In this document: one piece after another, positions 41,837 through 49,371 of the stretch | How the letters are laid out: each line of letters begins with the position of its first letter | Position numbering within the stretch: the first letter of the stretch is position 1 | The notes under the pieces: generated by a model | What the model was told of the DNA's origin: nothing | The model's database searches: none | The model's input: only the letters and a program-made list of their open reading frames with translations | IMG/VR virus record: IMGVR_UViG_3300037232_000040 | Length of the DNA stretch: 64,000 nt | Reading direction: 5' to 3' (one strand) | Source of the DNA: a virus | Program-made: the position numbers and the translations under genes

Positions 41837-41999
41837 GTGCGCCGCTCTCCTTAATTGCAACAGCTTTCAAATGTACGTCGGTAATGCGCAAAGCATCGGT
41901 TTTGTTTAGAACGTCCAGGGGTTTAATGCCGCAGGAACAAACTACTCGCAGGCACCCTTTGTTAGTTGGGTGTTTTTCGTATGTGATAGTGTGCTGCAT
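41793..41999 (-). CDS. hypothetical protein
   Basis: Track ORF of 68 aa. Confidence 0.4.
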   Translation of the reverse strand: MQHTITYEKHPTNKGCLRVVCSCGIKPLDVLNKTDALRITDVHLKAVAIKESGAHGQTTYTRSCATCS

Positions 42000-42012
42000 G
42001 CACGCGCACCCC

Positions 42013-42183
42013 CTAGTTGCTGAAAAACATACTGGCCACTAAACAAGCCAGCCCTGCCGACAACAGACGGTTGCGCCACGGCCAGGGCTCCAGCCAAGTA
42101 ACAGCGTTAATCGTAAACAGTACAAATGCTGCTACCAACAAGATAAGGCGAAAAGGCATACCACCACTGTTGTGTTGGTTCAT
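42013..42183 (-). CDS. small membrane protein (56 aa), first gene of the leftward operon
   Basis: Own translation: MNQHNSGGMPFRLILLVAAFVLFTINAVTWLEPWPWRNRLLSAGLACLVASMFFSN. GAGGAA lies upstream. Confidence 0.35.
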   Translation of the reverse strand: MNQHNSGGMPFRLILLVAAFVLFTINAVTWLEPWPWRNRLLSAGLACLVASMFFSN

Positions 42184-42317
42184 TGTTTAAGGTTCCTCAG
42201 TAAATTCAAATTTCAGAAAGTGTGCATAGCAGCAAGTGCCCCGACGCCCGAAAAAAATCCTATTGCTGCAGAATAGTCAGTGGCATGGTTCGTAGCGCCT
42301 ACGACACCGAGTGCCTA

Positions 42318-42422
42318 TGTGTTGTGTGTTGTGTGTTGTGTGTTGTGTGTTGTGTGTTGTGTGTTGTGTGTTGTGTGTTGTGTGTTGTGTGTTGTGTGTT
42401 GTGTGTTGTGTGTTGTGTGTTG
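42318..42422. repeat. heptanucleotide microsatellite (TGTGTTG)x15
   Basis: Direct reading, uninterrupted over 105 bp. Confidence 0.95.
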
Positions 42423-42582
42423 CGACACACTAACAACACCCAAGTTGTGTGTTGTAACACCCAAGTTGTGTGTTGTAACAACGAACAACTACGTGTTGCG
42501 ACACACTAACAACACCCAAGTTGTGTGTTGTAACACCCAAGTTGTGTGTTGTAACAACGAACAACTACGTGTTGCGACACAC
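42423..42582. repeat. 76-bp tandem repeat x2 (plus 8-bp third start), each with an internal ~22-bp duplication
   Basis: cgacacactaacaacacccaagttgtgtgttgtaacacccaagttgtgtgttgtaacaacgaacaactacgtgttg starts at 42423 and again at 42499. cgacacac starts a third time at 42575. Confidence 0.9.
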
Positions 42583-42771
42583 GTTCCTCAACAGCCCTGT
42601 GTATCACAATGTGGTACACATAGTTGTACACATAGTTAGACCAGAACGTAGCACGTGGCTGCACACTGTGCGGCAGTGCAGCGCCGTGCCCGGTGTGTAC
42701 GACTATGCACCGGGCTGCATGGTTACCGGCAGCCGTGCTACAGGCTGCCGACACATGCCGCAATGTTCAGG

Positions 42772-43140
42772 TTAGCTTGCCACTTCCTGAATTATAAACG
42801 AATCCACATTGTCGGCATCTTGAACAATGTCGAACGGCGCGCTGGTGTTGGACACAACCGTGTTGTCGGCGAGCGTAAGCGAGATCGTAGCCGTGAACGC
42901 TGTACCGTCAATCGGAGGAGCAGGAAGCGTGCCGGTAGCGATCAAGCCAGTTGAATCGACCGCAAGGTTAAGAATGCCAACCTGGCTCAGAGTCCACGTG
43001 GGCACTTGGCCGGGTTGCAGGGTTACTGGGTTACCGTTCTTGGTGGGTACCGCGGTGAACACGATCCCCTTGCCGTCGTCCTTAATTTGTAGATCCACGT
43101 TGTCCTCAATTCGTTGTGGAAATATCTCGAACCCATTCAA
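42772..43140 (-). CDS. Ig-like/beta-sandwich-looking hypothetical protein, possibly a relic of a fibre gene
   Basis: TTG start only. GC3-rich composition unlike its neighbours. A short fibre-gene fragment (..ANYDGIAVTPR stop) lies just upstream in another frame. Confidence 0.35.
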   Translation of the reverse strand: MNGFEIFPQRIEDNVDLQIKDDGKGIVFTAVPTKNGNPVTLQPGQVPTWTLSQVGILNLAVDSTGLIATGTLPAPPIDGTAFTATISLTLADNTVVSNTSAPFDIVQDADNVDSFIIQEVAS

Positions 43141-43158
43141 CGTGGGCCGAACTATCTC

Positions 43159-43187
43159 GGTGTGACCGCGATGCCGTCATAGTTGGC
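43159..43187. repeat. 29-bp exact repeat (partner 15327..15355)
   Basis: Identical string, same orientation. Confidence 0.9.
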
Positions 43188-43314
43188 AACCAGCGGACCA
43201 AAAATGCAAACCGCTACGGCCAGCGTTAACTAGTTAGCAAGATACACAACAGCTAGGCACACTTGCAAGCACAAAGAACCGCCTTCGCGCTCTGTGGTGG
43301 GTGTGATAATTGTG

Positions 43315-43330
43315 TAAACACCAATGTTTA
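43315..43330. promoter_or_regulatory. operator-like palindrome TAAACA-N4-TGTTTA
   Basis: taaaca ccaa tgttta is a perfect 6-bp inverted repeat. Confidence 0.4.
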
Positions 43331-43372
43331 AGCACCCGGGAGCCACAAAACCGAGCGCTAAAATATAATGTG

Positions 43373-43388
43373 TAAACAAATATGTTAA
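43373..43388. promoter_or_regulatory. second operator-like site TAAACA-N4-TGTTAA, overlapping a TATAAT hexamer at 43364-43369
   Basis: tataatgtg taaaca aata tgttaa. A third half-site, gcgtaaaca, lies at 43401-43409. Confidence 0.35.
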
Positions 43389-43649
43389 TTGCAAAAACCT
43401 GCGTAAACATTGGCTGTAACCATCTCTATTTAACACATTAACACATTAACATATATATATATATGTATGTAATAGAGAGGGACACTAAGGATAATACTAT
43501 AGATTGAGATACCTAAGAGTTTTGCCCCTGCTAATTGGTTACTGTTAATTTTTCAAACAGCAGCTAAACACAAGCAAACAAAACACTTATGCAATTAACA
43601 CACTTTAGATTGCTTAGGCCTGTGCGGCTGTGCTAGCCTAGCTTAGCGC

Positions 43650-44066
43650 TTGCACTCACAGTACTTAGTTTTATGTGGTGCTGCCCGCCGCCACAAACTA
43701 GTTCTCGAAAGGACACAAAAAGCATTGTCTCAACAAGAATGCACACTGCTAATACACATACCCACAGACTTGCTGTTGGCCCTAGATGCCGCTGTACAAC
43801 GTGCCATGTGCCTGCACCTGCAGCAGCCTGTACACAAACCTATAAAGGTAATAAACACACAGCAGGAGATAAACCAAGCCCTGTTATGGCTAAGGGCTGG
43901 CAGCCGCACCACTAGTGAAGTAAACATATGGCTACGCTTAAAGGCCCGCGAACGTGCTACCAACAGCGGTATACCACGCGTTAACCGCCAGCCCAGCCGC
44001 ACCAGCGTAGCACTGCAAATGTTGCGTACGGCGCTAAAACAAGACGAAGCGCAGCATGGCGCATAA
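43650..44066 (+). CDS. hypothetical protein, possible ribbon-helix-helix-like regulator
   Basis: Non-ATG start. LLIHIPTDLLLALDAAVQRA resembles an RHH strand-helix. Weak. Confidence 0.3.
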   Translation: MHSQYLVLCGAARRHKLVLERTQKALSQQECTLLIHIPTDLLLALDAAVQRAMCLHLQQPVHKPIKVINTQQEINQALLWLRAGSRTTSEVNIWLRLKARERATNSGIPRVNRQPSRTSVALQMLRTALKQDEAQHGA

Positions 44067-44280
44067 CTACACAACTGCTACCGCCGTGTGCCAACATTGC
44101 CAAGTAGAGCTGTACAAGGTTGCCGTACCTTTGTTGCAGGGCTATTGGCGTGACTTGCAGGGCGGCCGCTACTGTGCCCGGCCGGCCAACCAGTACAAGC
44201 TGCATGTACCCACGCCGTTAAGCGTAAAGGAAATTGCCACAGCGCCCACACACACATCACCAAATAAGTTTGCCAAATAG
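44056..44280 (+). CDS. hypothetical protein (74 aa)
   Basis: Track ORF with a CQHC pair. Confidence 0.4.
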   Translation: MAHNYTTATAVCQHCQVELYKVAVPLLQGYWRDLQGGRYCARPANQYKLHVPTPLSVKEIATAPTHTSPNKFAK

Positions 44281-44303
44281 GCACGACAAAGGGAACATAC
44301 ACC

Positions 44304-46406
44304 ATGGAGGTATTAAGTGCTACCGTGGGTAAGCCGCACAGCGTATTTGCAACTATTAAACAGGTAGAGCAGGCTATGCTAGAGAAGCTACATGCTAGCG
44401 CACTCAGCAGCCAAGACGCCCACCTGTTGCAGTACACACCTTTAACCAGCCAACAAGTGGCCACTGCCCACGCCACGTTGCCCGCACACCGGGCTGGGTT
44501 TGTGATTCCGTACTTTAGTATAAACGGCAAGCCTAGTAAGTTTTACCGATTTAGGTACTTGGAGTATGGCCACGACAGTGGGTTTGCTCGGCTAGTGGCT
44601 GCGCAGTTAAAACAGTTGCGCTACGGGCAGACCGTAGGCACCATGAATGAGTTGTATCTGCCACCCTACATAGACTGGGCTGCGTACAGCAAGGATGCCA
44701 GCAAGCCGGTGCTAATTACCGAAGGGGAATTAAAGGCTGCCTGCAGCACTAAGCACGGTGTGCCCTGCATAGGTTTGGGTGGAGTGTGGTGCTTTAAGGC
44801 CGGTGCCAGTGGTGTACATTTGTTGCCACAGTTTGCCGAATTTACTTGGAAGGATCGTGTGGTGTACATAGTGTACGATAGCGACGCGGCCAGCAACCAC
44901 CAAGTTGTAAAAGCTGAGAATGCGCTGGCCCGCGAGCTGTGTAATCTGGGCGCAGTACCAGCTGTAGTGCGTTTGCCCGCGCTACAGGCCGGTAGCAAGA
45001 CTGGGCTGGACGACTACATTGTGGCCCTTGGTACGGACAAATTAATGGAAGCACTATTGCTGCCAGCTGAGCCATGGCTGCGGGCAGCGGAGTTGCATCA
45101 GCTGAATGAGGAGGTGATTTACGTAGAAGAACCCGGCCTAATACTTAAGCTGGCTAACCTGCAACGCATGGCACCCCGTGCTTTTACTGACCACGCCTAC
45201 AGCACGCGCATATATCACGAGAACCAGGTTACGGCTACAACTACAAAGATGGTGGAGAAGAGCGCCGCTAAGGAGTGGCTTAAGTGGCCCGCGCGCGCCA
45301 CTGTGCACAAGGTAACGTACGCACCGGGGCAGCCTCGTGTAACTGCCAGCGGGGAGTTAAATGTGTGGAAAGGTTGGGCCGTGCAGCCTGCAGCGGGCAT
45401 TGTAGCGCCATGGACGCAACTGCTGGATTACTTGTTTGTCGGGGCTAAGTCCGATGATCGCACATGGTTTGAGCAATGGCTAGCTTATCCGCTGCAGTAC
45501 CCTGGTGAGAAGTTGTACAGTTGCTGCGTATTGTGGGGCAACCACCACGGCACTGGCAAAAGCGCTATAGGCTACACCATGTTTAAGATATATGGTGATA
45601 ACAGCACGGAAATAGGGGACCGCGATTTGTACAGCACCCATAATGAGTGGGCTGAGAACAAACAATTTGTCATGGGGGATGAGATAACCAGTGGCGGCGA
45701 GAACAAACGTAGTAGTGCTGACCGCATGAAGAGCATGATAACACAACGTTTGTTGCGGCTAAACCCCAAGTATATTAGTAGCTACACCGTGCCCGATTGC
45801 TTGAACTACTACTTTACCAGTAATCATCCGGACAGTTTTTTTATTGATGACAATGATCGCCGTTATTTTGTACACGAGGTTAAGGGGCAGCCGCAGCCCC
45901 GTAGTTTTTACATTAGTTATTTTGATTGGTTGGCGCAGAATGGCGCAGCGGCGCTGTTTTATTACCTGCTTAACCTGGACATGACAGGTTTTGATCCGGC
46001 TGGCAAAGCCCCGAGTACTAGCAGCAAGTTGGACATGATAGATAGTGGCCGTAGTGACTGCGCTAGCTGGGTAGCCATGCTAAAGGAAGAACCCGACCGT
46101 GTGTTGCAGGTGGGTGGTAAGCCGCTACACTACCAACTATGGACTACCACGGAGCTGCATGGTATCTACGACCCACAACGCGAAACCAGGGTAACGGCCA
46201 ATGGGTTGGCTAGAGAATTAAGACGTGCCGGGTTGTGTAAAGTGTTCGATGGGCAAGGTGTACCTACTACCTTGGGAGGCCGCCAGCGTTTGTGGGCCAT
46301 ACGCAATGCCGATAAGTTACTGCCGTTGGATAGTGGTAAGTTGGGCAAGATATACGATCAAGAAAGAGAGGCCGGTGGTGCAAGAAAAAGACAAACCAAA
46401 TTCTAA
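44304..46406 (+). CDS. bifunctional primase-helicase-like protein (Toprim/DUF3854-like N-domain plus P4/D5-type P-loop NTPase)
   Basis: VLITEGELKAAC...VVYIVYDSDAASN...GLDDYI is Toprim-like. ELNVWKGW and the Walker A GNHHGTGKS are D5/P4 helicase-like. Confidence 0.8.
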   Translation: MEVLSATVGKPHSVFATIKQVEQAMLEKLHASALSSQDAHLLQYTPLTSQQVATAHATLPAHRAGFVIPYFSINGKPSKFYRFRYLEYGHDSGFARLVAAQLKQLRYGQTVGTMNELYLPPYIDWAAYSKDASKPVLITEGELKAACSTKHGVPCIGLGGVWCFKAGASGVHLLPQFAEFTWKDRVVYIVYDSDAASNHQVVKAENALARELCNLGAVPAVVRLPALQAGSKTGLDDYIVALGTDKLMEALLLPAEPWLRAAELHQLNEEVIYVEEPGLILKLANLQRMAPRAFTDHAYSTRIYHENQVTATTTKMVEKSAAKEWLKWPARATVHKVTYAPGQPRVTASGELNVWKGWAVQPAAGIVAPWTQLLDYLFVGAKSDDRTWFEQWLAYPLQYPGEKLYSCCVLWGNHHGTGKSAIGYTMFKIYGDNSTEIGDRDLYSTHNEWAENKQFVMGDEITSGGENKRSSADRMKSMITQRLLRLNPKYISSYTVPDCLNYYFTSNHPDSFFIDDNDRRYFVHEVKGQPQPRSFYISYFDWLAQNGAAALFYYLLNLDMTGFDPAGKAPSTSSKLDMIDSGRSDCASWVAMLKEEPDRVLQVGGKPLHYQLWTTTELHGIYDPQRETRVTANGLARELRRAGLCKVFDGQGVPTTLGGRQRLWAIRNADKLLPLDSGKLGKIYDQEREAGGARKRQTKF

Positions 46407-46731
46407 ATGTTGCTACTCGTTGGTGTTTGTGTTTACCCCACAACTAGATAAGTTGGTGCTGCTTACTAACAGGATTTGGTTACGCAGTGAGGGAATTGTC
46501 GCGCTTGTGAAGATAAAGGCATTACGGCATGGTGGGTTGTTAAACGGGCCGGGAGGTAGGATGCATGCGTTTGAAGTCGCTCATCTTGCGCAGGTCGGCT
46601 CGCAGGCGCTTGTCAAATTCCTGCACGACCTTGTCGGGGTCTCGTTTGAGTTGCTCCGCGCGGTCCTCGGCAAGTTTGGTAACTGTGGGTTGCGTCGAAC
46701 ACCAGTAACGCGCCCCGTCCTGATAAAGGGA

Positions 46732-46761
46732 ATTATATACATGAGTCGCTAACCCTTTCAA
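46732..46761 (-). promoter_or_regulatory. sigma70-like promoter facing left (TTGAAA-N18-TATAAT)
   Basis: Read on the minus strand: ttgaaa gggttagcgactcatgta tataat. Confidence 0.4.
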
Positions 46762-46780
46762 AATAAAGCGAATAAAGTTC

Positions 46781-46809
46781 TTGACAAAATGCAGCGAGTT
46801 ATCTACTAT
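46781..46809 (+). promoter_or_regulatory. sigma70-like promoter facing right (TTGACA-N17-TACTAT)
   Basis: ttgaca aaatgcagcgagttatc tactat lies 40 nt upstream of the AGGAG-ATG of 46849. Confidence 0.5.
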
Positions 46810-46848
46810 AAAGACAGTTAAGCGGCATCCAGCCGCAGGAGAAATCAG

Positions 46849-47439
46849 ATGACAGCCACTCACACGACCCCGACCGGAAGCACCATCACGGTAGAGGGGA
46901 GCAAGCTCACAATCATCACCGCCGCCGGAAAGACCATCAACCTCAAATTGCAGCGCACCACCAAGCGGCTCGACAACAAGGCCGGATACCGAGTGATAGG
47001 CGATAACGTCTCGGTGCCTGACATCACAGCCGACTGGGTTGATGCTCAAGTCGCCGCATCCGAGCAGGCCGCGCAAGATGCTCTGGAGGCCGCCGTCCCT
47101 GGCATCCAAGAAATGATTCGCTTGAGCGATGCCGCTTACAACGAGCGCGAGCGCTACAGCCGCGAATTTAACCGCATGATGGACGACGAGTCGAATGACG
47201 GATGCCGCCCGCCGAAAGTCGAGAATAAGAGCTTTGCAGAGCAACTGGCTGCCATGATCGCCGCCAATCCCCGCGCTGCCCTGTACCTTAAGGCCAAACA
47301 GCAAGATGAGAGTGCGCACTGGGCCGATAACACTGGCAAAGGGTCGGCTGGTCGGAAAGCTATGGACATCCTTGCGGCTGGCGGATCGATTGCCGACGCG
47401 GAAGCGGCGATTGCTGTACGTCGCGAATTTATCGACTAA
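46849..47439 (+). CDS. hypothetical protein (196 aa), first gene of accessory cassette
   Basis: AGGAG RBS and GC3-rich codon usage. No motif recognised. Confidence 0.6.
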   Translation: MTATHTTPTGSTITVEGSKLTIITAAGKTINLKLQRTTKRLDNKAGYRVIGDNVSVPDITADWVDAQVAASEQAAQDALEAAVPGIQEMIRLSDAAYNERERYSREFNRMMDDESNDGCRPPKVENKSFAEQLAAMIAANPRAALYLKAKQQDESAHWADNTGKGSAGRKAMDILAAGGSIADAEAAIAVRREFID

Positions 47440-47466
47440 CTCACAATCACTGAGAGGAGCCCTAAA

Positions 47467-47709
47467 ATGAGAGCCACTGTAATCATCGACAAAAGAGCCA
47501 ACCATTACGTCGCGACCGTGAGCGGCAAATTCGGGGGCGGATTTATGGGAGCGCACGTCGGAACCACCCCAGAGCAGGCTGCCGGATTCGCAGCAAGGCA
47601 AATGGTCAGATATGCTTGTAGCAATAGCGAGGGCGGCGATCTGGTTGCGCCCGCCGAAGTGCTGCAACTTGTCCCGGATAATTTGCGATCTGTGCCAGCG
47701 CGAACTTGA
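47467..47709 (+). CDS. hypothetical protein (80 aa)
   Basis: GAGGAG lies upstream. Track ORF. Confidence 0.5.
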   Translation: MRATVIIDKRANHYVATVSGKFGGGFMGAHVGTTPEQAAGFAARQMVRYACSNSEGGDLVAPAEVLQLVPDNLRSVPART

Positions 47710-47790
47710 TCTCCACCACAGCCCACTCCGGGCTTGAGGAGCGTCGGGGCTGGAACCTCGGGCCGGTACGTAACCCGGCATGGAGTCTTT

Positions 47791-48165
47791 ATGAGCAAGA
47801 GCACGATCAGTACCTTCCAGCTTTTCGAGATGTTCCCGACGCCTGAGTCGGCACGGTTGTACCTCGAATCGCGCATCTGGCCCGATGGTCCGTTCTGCCC
47901 TGAGTGCAAGAGCCGTGAGCGCATCGGTAAGCAGCCCAAAGTTGGCTTCTATCGCTGCAACGCCTGTAAGCTCGATTTTACGATTCGTACTGGCACCATC
48001 TTCGAGCGGTCGCACATCCCGCTTCACAAATGGCTTTACGCCATGTATCTGCTCGTCACTGCTCGCAAGGGTATTTCCTCTCTGCAACTTGGAAAGGAAA
48101 TTGGAGTTACACAGAAATCCGCGTGGTTTATGCTGCAACGGCTCCGCGAGGCTAGAAACGGGTGA
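47791..48165 (+). CDS. IS1595-family transposase N-terminal Zn-ribbon + HTH domain only (no DDE domain), paralog A
   Basis: FPTPESARLYLESRIWPDGPFCPECKS...FYRCNACKLDFTIRTGTIFERSHIPLHKWLYAMYLL..ARKGISSLQLGKEIGVTQKSAWFMLQRLR matches the IS1595 zinc-ribbon/HTH module. The ORF stops after 124 aa. Confidence 0.75.
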   Translation: MSKSTISTFQLFEMFPTPESARLYLESRIWPDGPFCPECKSRERIGKQPKVGFYRCNACKLDFTIRTGTIFERSHIPLHKWLYAMYLLVTARKGISSLQLGKEIGVTQKSAWFMLQRLREARNG

Positions 48166-48229
48166 GACCATGTTGCAGTGTGCCGCGCGTGAGTTTTTCG
48201 GGCGCGCTCCGGATGGTGTCAAAGCCCAA

Positions 48230-48264
48230 GAGCCGGAAGATGAGGAGTCCTGATATGAAACCGA
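48230..48264 (+). repeat. 35-bp exact repeat (partner 1444..1478)
   Basis: Identical string spanning a stop codon, RBS and start. Confidence 0.9.
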
Positions 48265-49055
48265 CATTCTTTGACCGCAAAGCAGTTGTCTACAAGCTGA
48301 CCGATGCCAACTCCCAGACCTACGACAAAACTCAATGGGGCGAAGGCGTGACCCACAGGACAAACGGAACCGATGAGCTGTGCGGGCCGGGATGGTTACA
48401 TGCTTATACCCATCCGTTGCTTGCGGTTTTCCTCAATCCGATACATGCGAATTTTGTCAATCCGATTTTGTGGGAAGCGGAGGCCGACGGGAAAACTCTT
48501 TCCGATAAAGGACTAAAAGTCGGCTACTCCGAGATCACCACAATACGCCAAATCCCGTTACCCGTTGTAACCACTTTCCATCGAATCCGCTTTGCTATAC
48601 TTTGCGCCCAATCCGTGTATAAAAACTCGGATTGGCTTGCTTGGGCCGACAACTGGCTATCCGGTAAGGACCGCTCGGCGGAGGCGGCGGCGGCGGCGGA
48701 GGCGGAGGCGCGGGCGGCGTGGGCGGCGGAGGCGCGGGCGGCGTGGGCGGCGAAGTGGGCACCGGGGGCGGCGTGGGCGGAGGCGCGGGCGGCGTGGGCG
48801 GCGAAGTGGGCACCGGGGGCGGCGTGGGCGGAGGCGCGGGCGGCGTGGGCGGCGAAGTGGGCACCGGGGGCGGCGGCGTGGGCGGCGTGGGCGGCGGGGG
48901 CGAAGTGGGCGGCGGAGGCGGCGGGGGCGGCGGCGCGGGCGGCGGAGTGGGCGGCGGAGGCGGATATAGACCTTATCGCAATCGCACAGCAGGTCGGCGA
49001 ATTCGATACTGACGTTCCGAAGGTCATTTGCGACAATTTTGCTGGCAGATATTGA
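48255..49055 (+). CDS. two-part protein: conserved-looking N-domain plus Ala/Trp tandem-repeat region
   Basis: ATG at 48255. N-domain reads YKLTDANSQTY..TQWGEGVTH..LCGPGWLHAYTHPLLAVFLNPIHANF. It is followed by (EARAAWAAKWAPGAAWA)x3 within a ~95-aa A/W/E/R tract, then a unique tail. Confidence 0.6.
   Translation: MKPTFFDRKAVVYKLTDANSQTYDKTQWGEGVTHRTNGTDELCGPGWLHAYTHPLLAVFLNPIHANFVNPILWEAEADGKTLSDKGLKVGYSEITTIRQIPLPVVTTFHRIRFAILCAQSVYKNSDWLAWADNWLSGKDRSAEAAAAAEAEARAAWAAEARAAWAAKWAPGAAWAEARAAWAAKWAPGAAWAEARAAWAAKWAPGAAAWAAWAAGAKWAAEAAGAAARAAEWAAEADIDLIAIAQQVGEFDTDVPKVICDNFAGRY
48676..48962 (+). repeat. extremely GC-rich tandem repeat, core 51 bp x3 (48729..48881)
   Basis: gaggcgcgggcggcgtgggcggcgaagtgggcaccgggggcggcgtgggcg starts at 48729, 48780 and 48831. 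Confidence 0.9.
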
Positions 49056-49115
49056 GCAAGCATACCAACAGCTTGACGTTATTGTTGAGCGTATTAAACG
49101 GAGGGTACAAATCTC

Positions 49116-49319
49116 ATGAGTGTTATTGCAACCTGTATACATTGCAGTAGCGTGCTTACTATTGTCCCGCTTGGTCCGGCTACTGGTGGTTTGCTGCGGC
49201 GTGCCTTTGCTGCTACATGCGGCACCTGTCAATCGGGGTACACCATTGAGATACAGCAGAGAGTGGCCAGCCCACTAACCGCTGCAAGGCTAAGCGAAGT
49301 AAAGAACAGGAACCACTAA
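49116..49319 (+). CDS. hypothetical zinc-ribbon-like protein (67 aa)
   Basis: CIHC ... CGTC pairs. Track ORF. Confidence 0.45.
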   Translation: MSVIATCIHCSSVLTIVPLGPATGGLLRRAFAATCGTCQSGYTIEIQQRVASPLTAARLSEVKNRNH

Positions 49320-49371
49320 CCATGCTAACTAACATTGAGATGCAGCTTGGTAAGAATGGGAGGTTGCTAAA

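Noticed and set aside
42423-42582. Possible CRISPR array
   Set aside because: The 76-bp units are directly adjacent with no unique spacers, there are only two copies, and no cas genes are present. This is tandem duplication, not repeat-spacer architecture.
42222-42763. Track ORFs translating the repeat block (CVVCCVLCVV..., TTHNTQHTTH...)
   Set aside because: They are products of reading through the heptamer and 76-bp repeats. A period-7 repeat cannot be maintained in frame, and there is no start context.
43230-43436. 68-aa minus-strand ORF in the control region
   Set aside because: It lies across the palindromic operator-like sites and AT-rich DNA. It has a non-ATG start and a hydrophobic, low-information sequence.
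46540-48363. 607-aa minus-strand ORF, the longest ORF in the replication arm
   Set aside because: It runs antisense to three well-formed plus-strand genes that have RBSs and a recognisable IS1595 domain. Its translation is Arg/Ser/Gly/Cys-rich and featureless. GC-rich DNA commonly yields such antisense ORFs. Only its last ~70 codons (46540..46761) remain an open question.
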